This document shows positions 39,641 to 48,571 of a stretch of DNA of 64,000 bases, piece after piece. Positions within the stretch are counted from its first letter, which is position 1; every line of letters starts with the position of its first letter. Below the pieces are notes generated by a model. It was given only the letters and a program-made list of their open reading frames with translations. It was not told where the DNA came from and made no database searches. Where the stretch lies: assembly GCA_050950165.1 (NCBI GenBank), contig JBMNHC010000001.1, forward strand, positions 191,151-255,150. The letters are read 5' to 3'. Position numbers and translations under genes: made by a program. Source of the DNA: Candidatus Dojkabacteria bacterium. Lineage in GTDB: Bacteria > Patescibacteriota > Dojkabacteria > SC72.

Positions 39641-41746
39641 TTAACTTCCTTGTACATTCGCACCCCCAATTTCATCTGCAATATTTTTAGGAACCTCTGC
39701 ATAGTGAGATGGTTCAATACTAGCGCTACCTCTACCACTTGTAAGAGACCTTAATTCACTGGTATATCCAAACAACTCAGAAAGTGGAACTAGTGCATTG
39801 ATAACAGTAATACCACTACCAATATCTTCACTACCTTGAATCTGACCTCTCTTACTACTTAATGATCCCGTTACATCACCCATATATTCCTGAGGAATCT
39901 CTACTGCAACATCCATAATGGGTTCTAAAAGAATAGGATTTGCTTTCTTACAACCATCTCTAAATGCCATAGATGCTGCAATCTTAAATGCTACTTCAGA
40001 AGAGTCAACCTCGTGATATGAACCGTCATAAACAGTTACCTTGATATCAACAACTGGATATCCTGCAACAACACCTGCCTTTGTTGCCTCTACAACTCCC
40101 TTCTGTACTGCAGGAATATATTCTTTAGGTATAGTACCTCCCTTAATTGCATCGATAAATTCAAAGCCTCCTCCTTGTTTGTTAGGTTCAATCTTAAGCC
40201 AACAGTGACCATACTGCCCCTTACCACCTGACTGCTTTACATACCTTCCCTCTGATTGTTCACATATACCCTTAATTGTTTCTCTGTATGCTACCTGAGG
40301 CTTACCTACATTTGCTGCAACATTAAATTCTCTCTTTAATCTGTCTACCATAATTTCTAAGTGAAGCTCACCCATTCCAGAGATAATGGTTTGTCCTGTC
40401 TCATGATTTGTTTCAACTCTGAATGTAGGATCTTCTTTAACAAGCCTTGCTAATGATTCAGACATCTTCTCTTCATCAGACTTTGTAGCAGGTTCAATAG
40501 CTTGAGAGATAACAGGTTCTGCAAATGTAATCTGTTCTAGAATAATGGGGTTATTTTCATCACAAATTGTATCTCCAGTTACAGAGGCCTTTAGACCTAC
40601 AATTGCACCAATATCTCCTGCTCTGAGCATATCTACTTCTTCTCTATCATCAGCGTGCATAAGAACAAGTCTTCCTACTCTCTCTTTAACATTTTTTGTC
40701 GTATTTAATACATACGTACCTGCTTTAATAACACCTGAGTAAAGTCTAAAGTAAGAGAGATTACCTATATGTGGATCATTAACTATCTTAAAAACAAGAC
40801 CTGCAAATGGCTCACTTTCATCTGCTTTTCTCTCAATCTCGGCACCCGTTTTAGGATGATCTCCCTGTACAGGAGGAACATCTAATGGAGAAGGAAGACA
40901 CAGTGTAATATAGTTTAACAAGGTTTTAGCCATAGGGGATCTAGAATCTCCACCTAATACTGGATATATCTTGTTTTCCAAAGTCCCTTTCCTAAGAACA
41001 GTTTTTAACTCATCTACTGTAATCTCTTCACCTTCAAAGAATTTCTCCATTAAGCTATCATCTAACTCAACCAAAGTTTCAACTAACACAGCCCTATACT
41101 GATTAACCTTCTCCTTCATATCTTCAGGAATCTCAATCTCTTTTAAATCTTCTGACTCTACAGCAGAGTACTCATATGCCTTCATCTCTATTAAATCTAC
41201 ATATCCATGCAAATCTGCCTCTCTTCCAATTGGCAAAACTATAGCTACTGCCTTATTACTCAATCTTGTTTTAATCGTACCAAAACTCTTTTCAAAATCT
41301 CCCCCTATTAGATTAATCTTGTTCATAAAACAGATTCTAGGTACTTTATACTTGTTTGCTTGTCTCCAAACTGTCTCTGATTGAGGCTCTACACCCTTTC
41401 TTCCGTCGAAGATAACTACTGCACCATCCAATACCCTTAAAGATCTCTCTACCTCTGCAGTAAAGTCTACGTGTCCTGGTGTATCAATGATATTAATTCT
41501 GTACCTCTTCCCATCATAATCCCAGAAACATGTTACAGCTGCAGATTGAATAGTAATTCCTCTCTCTCTTTCTTGTTCCATAAAGTCTGTTGTTGCAGCA
41601 CCATCATGAACCTCACCAATCTTGTGAATCTGACCTGTAAAGTATAAAAGTCTTTCAGTAGTTGTAGTTTTACCAGCATCAATATGTGCGATAATTCCAA
41701 TATTTCTAATCTGCTCCAATGGCATTTTTACATCATACGTTTGCAT
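39641..41746 (-). CDS. fusA: Elongation factor G
   Basis: [50 protein letters not shown]. Confidence 0.98.
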   Translation of the reverse strand: MQTYDVKMPLEQIRNIGIIAHIDAGKTTTTERLLYFTGQIHKIGEVHDGAATTDFMEQERERGITIQSAAVTCFWDYDGKRYRINIIDTPGHVDFTAEVERSLRVLDGAVVIFDGRKGVEPQSETVWRQANKYKVPRICFMNKINLIGGDFEKSFGTIKTRLSNKAVAIVLPIGREADLHGYVDLIEMKAYEYSAVESEDLKEIEIPEDMKEKVNQYRAVLVETLVELDDSLMEKFFEGEEITVDELKTVLRKGTLENKIYPVLGGDSRSPMAKTLLNYITLCLPSPLDVPPVQGDHPKTGAEIERKADESEPFAGLVFKIVNDPHIGNLSYFRLYSGVIKAGTYVLNTTKNVKERVGRLVLMHADDREEVDMLRAGDIGAIVGLKASVTGDTICDENNPIILEQITFAEPVISQAIEPATKSDEEKMSESLARLVKEDPTFRVETNHETGQTIISGMGELHLEIMVDRLKREFNVAANVGKPQVAYRETIKGICEQSEGRYVKQSGGKGQYGHCWLKIEPNKQGGGFEFIDAIKGGTIPKEYIPAVQKGVVEATKAGVVAGYPVVDIKVTVYDGSYHEVDSSEVAFKIAASMAFRDGCKKANPILLEPIMDVAVEIPQEYMGDVTGSLSSKRGQIQGSEDIGSGITVINALVPLSELFGYTSELRSLTSGRGSASIEPSHYAEVPKNIADEIGGANVQGS

Positions 41747-41815
41747 ATTGTTAATAATAAAATTTAAGACCTAATGGGATATTAGGATAGAATACGCAAT
41801 GGGGATTATAACAAA

Positions 41816-43246
41816 CTAATTAATTCTAGCCAATAGCTTCTGTGCATCATCTGTTGTTAATCTCTGCATATCATACTCTATAGATTTTTTAGAGTAGTTT
41901 CTGGCCTCATCTAAGTTCCCCTCTTGAAACTTTAGATATCCCATTAACAAATTATACCTAGGGTCATATTTATCCAATTCCCAATATGTATCCAGAGTCC
42001 TCTTTGCCTCATCCAATTCGTTATTCTCTATAGCAATCTTTGCTCTCCAGTATAGATACTCTCTCTTGTATTCACCCTCTAACTCCTCGTACTCTACTTT
42101 TTTAGAATAGTACAAAATCTTTTCACTCTGCTTTGTTAAATATGAAAGCTTAATGTAATAGATATCTACCCAAGGCTCTTTAAACAAAAGACTTGCTTTT
42201 CTTAAAACCTCTTCAGCCTTTGTAGTCTGATTATTACTTAGCAGTAAATCTATATACTCTTGATACAACTTAACATCCCCATTATCTCCTCCAAAAGATA
42301 CTGCACTATCATAGTAAGAGAATGCGTTGTTCAAATCGTCTAACATATAGTAATTACGTGCTACTAACCAATATAGATATTGATTTAACTTACTTAATGT
42401 CGTCACTCCAACTAATGTATCCAAACTCTTCTGATAATTACCACTCTCATAGTACCCTTTCGCTAAGAGATAGAGTCCATCTACATACTCTCCCATATCT
42501 TTTTTAACAGGCTCTAATACAACTACTGCTAAGTATGGGAATTCTGCACTAAGATAGCTATTTGCTAACTTAGCTCTGTTGTACAAGTTATTATCATCTA
42601 AACCATTTAAAGTAGCCTTCCAATCAGCATACTCTTCTTTCATACCCTCCGATGGCTCTATTTTAGATATCTCACTCTCTGCTTTTTCATAGTCCGAAAG
42701 AGCCAAGATATATGATGAGATTAATCTAACTTCTTCAACTAAATCTGTACTAAAAGTAGTTTTTAAAATACTCTTCGCCTTTTCAATATCTCCCTGTTGC
42801 AAGTATGTTTTAGCAATATTTAAACGTACAGAGTCATTATCTACATCAGCAGATTTTGCTAATTCAAAACAAACTAATGCCTGAGAATATTCATTACGAT
42901 TATAGAAGGCCTCACCAACATCTTCATACAGCAGTGCCCTATCCTTATCATTTAGCTTGTTCGCTGACTCATCCACTATCTTCTTTGCATCTTCTACTCT
43001 CTGCTTTTCTAAAAGCAAATTTACTATCCTTTGATGAGCTTCAAATTTAGAAGGAATTAACCTAGTAGCATCACTTAAAATCTCCATAGCAGAGGAGTAC
43101 TCTTTACCTTCAATTAATAGGTCTGCCTGAGATATTAGTTGATCATATTTAGCGATATCCTCTTTAGAGGGTGTACAACCAGAAAGTAGCAATACACTAA
43201 CTAAAAGGATAGCCATATACAATATTGTTTTGTGTAAGTTTTTCAT
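41816..43246 (-). CDS. TPR-repeat lipoprotein
   Basis: Lipobox LSGC; repeated helical TPR-like units. Confidence 0.8.
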   Translation of the reverse strand: MKNLHKTILYMAILLVSVLLLSGCTPSKEDIAKYDQLISQADLLIEGKEYSSAMEILSDATRLIPSKFEAHQRIVNLLLEKQRVEDAKKIVDESANKLNDKDRALLYEDVGEAFYNRNEYSQALVCFELAKSADVDNDSVRLNIAKTYLQQGDIEKAKSILKTTFSTDLVEEVRLISSYILALSDYEKAESEISKIEPSEGMKEEYADWKATLNGLDDNNLYNRAKLANSYLSAEFPYLAVVVLEPVKKDMGEYVDGLYLLAKGYYESGNYQKSLDTLVGVTTLSKLNQYLYWLVARNYYMLDDLNNAFSYYDSAVSFGGDNGDVKLYQEYIDLLLSNNQTTKAEEVLRKASLLFKEPWVDIYYIKLSYLTKQSEKILYYSKKVEYEELEGEYKREYLYWRAKIAIENNELDEAKRTLDTYWELDKYDPRYNLLMGYLKFQEGNLDEARNYSKKSIEYDMQRLTTDDAQKLLARIN

Positions 43247-43317
43247 ATTTATACCAACTAGATATTCCTAATCCATTTTACACATGTTTTTACAATCATG
43301 CTATACTCCTTAATACC

Positions 43318-44289
43318 ATGCTCAAGTATAAGAGAGTATATACTGATATTGATATACAAAGAAGAAGAGAAAGGTACAAGTTTAAACAAAAGATACTAAT
43401 TACTTTACTAATAGCTGTCCCCCTATTAACCATATTTCTGCTCTCTTCTGCAAACATTTCCGCTCTAGCTAGTGAAGTGAATAACGTTAGTTCGGATTTT
43501 GATATTAAATATCTAGTATTTGGAACTAATACTGAAGTAGAGAGAAGCTCTAGAAGACCAAAGCTCATTCATATAAAGAGAGGAGAATATGTATATACAA
43601 TATTTACACTAGAAACAGATATATACAAAATATTACAGGGATCTTTCATAAGTCTGAATAGTAAAGATAGGGTCATTATCAATACTGAATATATTAAAAA
43701 TGGTAGTTTAGTAAGGATAGTACAAACAGAGAGTCTAATTGAGCAGATAGAGATAGAGATACCGTTTAATTCAGAAACTATTAAAACTGATAAATATGCT
43801 AAAGGAGAACAGAATATCCTTCAACAAGGAGTTTTAGGAGTCAAAACTCAACAATTACTTAGCTACTATGAAGACGGAATATTAGTAGATAGAGTAATAC
43901 TTGCAGAAAGAGTTGTTAAAGAACCTGTCAAGCAGATTGTAGAAATTGGAACAGCTTTCTACTCCCTAGCAGGTATAGAACCTAGAGGATATAACTGTCC
44001 ATATTGGTATCAAGTAGTAGACGCAGGTCCATATACAGAGGAAGAGAAGAGATGGCTAAAGTTTGTAATGCACTGCGAGTCAGGTTGTAATGCGGAATCT
44101 AACAAAAACTTCTACAAGGGACTCTTTCAGTGGAGTCCAACAACATGGAGAAAGCAATTCTCTGAAAATATCTTTGATGGACATGCACAGATAAAAAATA
44201 CTGTTTCTAAATATAGGGCTGGAGAAAGTACAAGAGCAAACCAATGGCCAGCTTGTAATAAAAAGTACAATGAACAATCCTCACAATAG
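43318..44289 (+). CDS. G5-domain protein with C-terminal Rpf/lytic transglycosylase-like domain
   Basis: TM; G5 (IPF...QGVLG...KEPVKQIVEIGT); CESG...YKGLFQW..TTW. Confidence 0.82.
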   Translation: MLKYKRVYTDIDIQRRRERYKFKQKILITLLIAVPLLTIFLLSSANISALASEVNNVSSDFDIKYLVFGTNTEVERSSRRPKLIHIKRGEYVYTIFTLETDIYKILQGSFISLNSKDRVIINTEYIKNGSLVRIVQTESLIEQIEIEIPFNSETIKTDKYAKGEQNILQQGVLGVKTQQLLSYYEDGILVDRVILAERVVKEPVKQIVEIGTAFYSLAGIEPRGYNCPYWYQVVDAGPYTEEEKRWLKFVMHCESGCNAESNKNFYKGLFQWSPTTWRKQFSENIFDGHAQIKNTVSKYRAGESTRANQWPACNKKYNEQSSQ

Positions 44290-44292
44290 ATA

Positions 44293-46305
44293 TTAGCTAT
44301 AATACTCACATATCTCTTCTGGAATTTCTCCTAAGAATCTAGATGGGATCTGAGTATTATACCCATCTCTTCCTTGTCTCTTTTCAGCAAATGTTAAAAA
44401 GAGCTTCTCTTTAGCCCTTGTAATACCTACATAGCACAAACGCCTCTCTTCCTCTAAATCATCTTCATCTAGAAAGGATCTAGAGTGAGGTAAAATACCC
44501 TCTTCCATACCCACTATAAATACATATTCAAATTCTAAACCTTTAGAAGAGTGTAAAGTCATAAGATTAACATAATCACCACTACCATCTTGATTTTTAT
44601 CCGTCTCCTGCTCAATCAAATTTATCTCTTGCAAGAAGATATCTAAAGATTTCTCATCATATTCTCTAGCATAGCTACCTGCTACACTTTTTAGTTCTTC
44701 AATATTTTCCTTCTTGTACGCTGCTGCCTCAGAACCATCATCCATCCATTCAACATATCTTGTTTCTCTAAGAATTAAATCGATAATAGAGAGGACATCT
44801 AATCCCTGAGACTCTGTATATATACCTCCGAATGTATTAATAAGTAGAGAATATTTATCCAATAGAGAGATATTGCTCTCCAAAGATGAATACGAGATAC
44901 CCTTAACTAATCTAGGTAGTGAGTTTTTTATCTCATATGCTGCAACAAGCATCTGACCTACTGTTAACTTACACAATTTAGCAATATCGTATAAAGCAGA
45001 AACTGACTTAGGACCTATCTTTCTAGTAGGAATATTAAGCACCCTTCCTAAACTAAGCTCATCTTTAAGGTTATAAATAAACTTAAGATAGCTTAAGATA
45101 TCTTTAACCTCTTTCCTTTCATAGAAACGAAAACCTCCCACCAACTTATACGGTATCCCATTTTTTAAGAATGCTTCTTCAATAGCTCTTGATTGATAAT
45201 TCGTTCTATAAAGAACTGCAATATCAGAAAGAGTAGCACCTTCTCTTCTAAATCTATTTATCTCATCTACTACAAACTGTGCTTCTTCATCCTGATCTAT
45301 AGCCTGATATACAACAATATTTTCACCAGAGCTTTTCTCTGTCCAGAGAGCTTTCTCAACCCTCAAGTTATTCTGTTTTATAACGGCTGTAGCAGCACTA
45401 ATTACATTAGCACTAGATCTGTAGTTTTGTTCAAGTTTTACAACCTTAACATCACTAAAATCTTTTTCAAAAGACTGAATATTTTTAATATCAGCACCTC
45501 TCCATGCATATATACCTTGATCATCATCTCCTACTACACAAATATTTTTGTACTTTTCTGATAGGAGTTTTGCAAACATATATTGAGCATTATTAGTATC
45601 CTGATACTCATCTATCATGATATATCTATACTTCTCCTGATATCTATCTAATATATCCTTGTTTTCTGAAAGTAGTTTAACTGTAAGATAGAGTAAATCT
45701 CCAAAATCTACAGCATTCTGATTACTTAACTGCTTTTGATATAAAGGATATATATTAGCTGTAATATCTTCTAAAAAACCACCAAAGTAATTACGAAAGT
45801 TATCTGGAGATACCATTCTATCCTTTGCAGATGAGATGAAATAGAGAATTGCTTTTGGTTTAATCTGTTTAATATCAATATCCTGTTCTACGAGAATATC
45901 TTTTATCAAATTCTCTGAATCATCTGTATCAAAGATAGAAAAGTTTGGTGCTAATCCCATCTTAGATGCATTCTCTCTCAAAAAGAGAGCCCCTATCGAG
46001 TGAAAAGTCCCTATTAATGGCTTCTTATTCGTATTAACAGAAAGCTCTTTTAACAAAGATGATACTCTCTCTTGCATCTCTCCTGCTGCTTTCTTTGTAA
46101 ATGTCACAGCCAAGATATTCTCGGGAGAGACCTCTTTTCTCGTAATCAGGTAAGCTATTCTGTTTGTAATAACTCTTGTCTTACCAGAACCTGCCCCTGC
46201 AAATACAAGAAGAGGCCCCTCTGTTGTCTCCACGGCAACCTTTTGTGGAGTATTTAGTTTTCCGAGAATAATATCTTGGGGTGCCACGTAGTTGATTATA
46301 TTCAA
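44293..46305 (-). CDS. pcrA: ATP-dependent DNA helicase PcrA/UvrD
   Basis: AGAGSGKT, DEYQDTN, VGDDDQGIYAWRGA, LEQNYRS, TLHSSKGLEF, EERRLCYVGITRA. Confidence 0.97.
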   Translation of the reverse strand: MNIINYVAPQDIILGKLNTPQKVAVETTEGPLLVFAGAGSGKTRVITNRIAYLITRKEVSPENILAVTFTKKAAGEMQERVSSLLKELSVNTNKKPLIGTFHSIGALFLRENASKMGLAPNFSIFDTDDSENLIKDILVEQDIDIKQIKPKAILYFISSAKDRMVSPDNFRNYFGGFLEDITANIYPLYQKQLSNQNAVDFGDLLYLTVKLLSENKDILDRYQEKYRYIMIDEYQDTNNAQYMFAKLLSEKYKNICVVGDDDQGIYAWRGADIKNIQSFEKDFSDVKVVKLEQNYRSSANVISAATAVIKQNNLRVEKALWTEKSSGENIVVYQAIDQDEEAQFVVDEINRFRREGATLSDIAVLYRTNYQSRAIEEAFLKNGIPYKLVGGFRFYERKEVKDILSYLKFIYNLKDELSLGRVLNIPTRKIGPKSVSALYDIAKLCKLTVGQMLVAAYEIKNSLPRLVKGISYSSLESNISLLDKYSLLINTFGGIYTESQGLDVLSIIDLILRETRYVEWMDDGSEAAAYKKENIEELKSVAGSYAREYDEKSLDIFLQEINLIEQETDKNQDGSGDYVNLMTLHSSKGLEFEYVFIVGMEEGILPHSRSFLDEDDLEEERRLCYVGITRAKEKLFLTFAEKRQGRDGYNTQIPSRFLGEIPEEICEYYS

Positions 46306-46371
46306 ATTGAATTAGAAGAGACAGTAAAAAAGGGTTATAAGATAAAGATATGGAGAATTCTTTACTATAAG

Positions 46372-47565
46372 CTACAACTCCTTAATATATTTCTGATAGA
46401 CCCAACCTAGACTACCCTCTTTATACACAATCTCATACCATCCTTCCTCTTTTTTAGTTGTAATAAATACATCTCCGTCATTAGCCACCTCTACTTTTTT
46501 ACAGCTATACCATCTACAATCTCTAATATTTACAAATCCATACTCTGGTGAAACAACCTCTACCAACTTATGAGAACCAGCGACAATTTTAAATTTTACT
46601 TCAAACTTAGACCCTTCAAATAGAGAACCAACATCTTTTGTAAAGACAAATTTCTCTCCATACTCACCAGGTCTATTCTTTGCAGCCATAAGGAAGTTAA
46701 CCTCTATACTATCTCCAGGTGCTAAATACTTCCCTTCGATATATGCTGGTTTACTAAAACTTTGCCAAACTGAATTAATAGCATATGGACTCTCCTTACC
46801 ATTTTCTGTAGAGATATATACATACTTTTTATCTAAAAACCAAGGGAAATCATTCTCATTCATTACTTTTACTTTAACAGGCAACTGCTTCCCTATCTCT
46901 ATCTCTTCTGGATACTCAACGCTCTCTATACTAGCCTTATACTCTAAATGCTCTGCATCAGACCACTTAACAGAACTTAAAGCTCCATCTATCTCTGTTC
47001 TTAACGAAGAGAGAGACTTCTGAGCTACCATATATGATCTTTGACTCTCTTTACTAACAATTTTTAGATCAACAAAATCCCATGAACCTTTCACAATACC
47101 ATATCTGTAAGAGAGAGTTTCGACTAATTCTTCTAACGATGTACTAACTCTAGGTGTTAAAGAAGAGCCGTCACTTAACAATCCAATCAATACGATATTT
47201 TCTCCACCTTGTAATCCTGGATTAGCCCCAACACCTCCCTTTGAAACCTCATACACATTTCCCCCACCATCTATTAAGTAGTTGTAAGGGATATCATTTA
47301 GCTTTAATCTTGTAATACTGTAGTAGTAGATTGCTCTAATTAATCCTTTAGAATTATTCTTTAACTCTTCATTCCCAACATGAACCTGAGAAATATATAT
47401 CTTCATGGGTTGAGAATAGAGGACCTGTTGCTCAGCTAAGGCATCATCTAGTTTTAAATCTTGCCTATTTACCACTTCAAAAGCAGATACTACAGATCCA
47501 CTTGTAAAAAGTAAGACAACAAAAAGAACTAATATTATAAATCTATTTAATATCTTCATTAGCAT
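46372..47565 (-). CDS. Secreted amidase/PGRP-like + Ig-like + SH3b protein
   Basis: Signal peptide; DIPYNYLIDGGGNVYE; VKVMNENDFPW; VNIR...GWYEI...GWVY. Confidence 0.7.
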   Translation of the reverse strand: MLMKILNRFIILVLFVVLLFTSGSVVSAFEVVNRQDLKLDDALAEQQVLYSQPMKIYISQVHVGNEELKNNSKGLIRAIYYYSITRLKLNDIPYNYLIDGGGNVYEVSKGGVGANPGLQGGENIVLIGLLSDGSSLTPRVSTSLEELVETLSYRYGIVKGSWDFVDLKIVSKESQRSYMVAQKSLSSLRTEIDGALSSVKWSDAEHLEYKASIESVEYPEEIEIGKQLPVKVKVMNENDFPWFLDKKYVYISTENGKESPYAINSVWQSFSKPAYIEGKYLAPGDSIEVNFLMAAKNRPGEYGEKFVFTKDVGSLFEGSKFEVKFKIVAGSHKLVEVVSPEYGFVNIRDCRWYSCKKVEVANDGDVFITTKKEEGWYEIVYKEGSLGWVYQKYIKEL

Positions 47566-47585
47566 ATTGTATCACAAAAGTTCTT

Positions 47586-48554
47586 TTACAAAGCAATATA
47601 TCTAGGATTTACACCATTAACATAAAAGAGAGCAGGTACTGAATACTCTAAATCATCTTTGTACACCTTACATGTACTTGATATCTTAAAAACTGGAAGT
47701 AGATATCCTTGATTAGTATCTTTGTACAGAAGTATTACCTCAGATTTATCTGCAATACACCCTGTCACACTCTCTTCTATCTCTGTCCAAGAGTCATCTA
47801 GGTAGTGTAAATCTAATGTCTCTACTAATACCGAGGTATCTACATAGTGCTCTTTTGGATATTCTTTTAGATTAATATATGTTTCTAATTCCTTTCTATC
47901 AATTAAAGGAAGGAAAAAATCATACTCCTCTATCTCAGCAAGAAGAAGAGATGCTGATACAAGTTTTCCATTTTTATCAAACTTTAAAACATCCGTATAT
48001 TCATATGCATAACTAAACTGTATCGGTATATCTCCTAATACTCTAGATGCATAATATGTAGTGCCTCCATCTAAATCTCTATGTTCTTTGTTTAAAACAA
48101 ATTTATACTCCCAACCTAAATACCTATTAAAAAGTTCAGAAAATCCATCTACTCCCTTCGCCATAGATATACCTTCCCCTAGTTGAAAATTGAGGACATC
48201 TTCTAACGAATTGTATGAGAAAGTACTCTTTCCATCACTCCATTTAATAGAGGTATCCTTCTCTATCTCTTCTTTCTTTAAAACAAGACCCAACTTAGAG
48301 ATCAACTCCTCTATATTTGAAACATGTACTTTCATAAGGACAGAGTAAACAGGAATATCTTTACCCTCTCCCTCCCTTTTCATATCCGATATGTTCACAG
48401 TAACATTACTCTTCCCTAAGTTATTAGCTTCTAGAGGTTCTTCAGGATATTTTTTCTTGTTAACCAAATATATTATCCCTACTACTAGTAATATTAAAAT
48501 TAGGGAAATAATAATTACAAAAAATATATTTTTCTTACTCCATACAATTTTCAT
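47586..48554 (-). CDS. Membrane-anchored hypothetical protein
   Basis: Single N-terminal TM, large extracytoplasmic domain ending YLLPVF. Confidence 0.75.
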   Translation of the reverse strand: MKIVWSKKNIFFVIIISLILILLVVGIIYLVNKKKYPEEPLEANNLGKSNVTVNISDMKREGEGKDIPVYSVLMKVHVSNIEELISKLGLVLKKEEIEKDTSIKWSDGKSTFSYNSLEDVLNFQLGEGISMAKGVDGFSELFNRYLGWEYKFVLNKEHRDLDGGTTYYASRVLGDIPIQFSYAYEYTDVLKFDKNGKLVSASLLLAEIEEYDFFLPLIDRKELETYINLKEYPKEHYVDTSVLVETLDLHYLDDSWTEIEESVTGCIADKSEVILLYKDTNQGYLLPVFKISSTCKVYKDDLEYSVPALFYVNGVNPRYIAL

Positions 48555-48571
48555 ACTAAATATTTTTTAAT

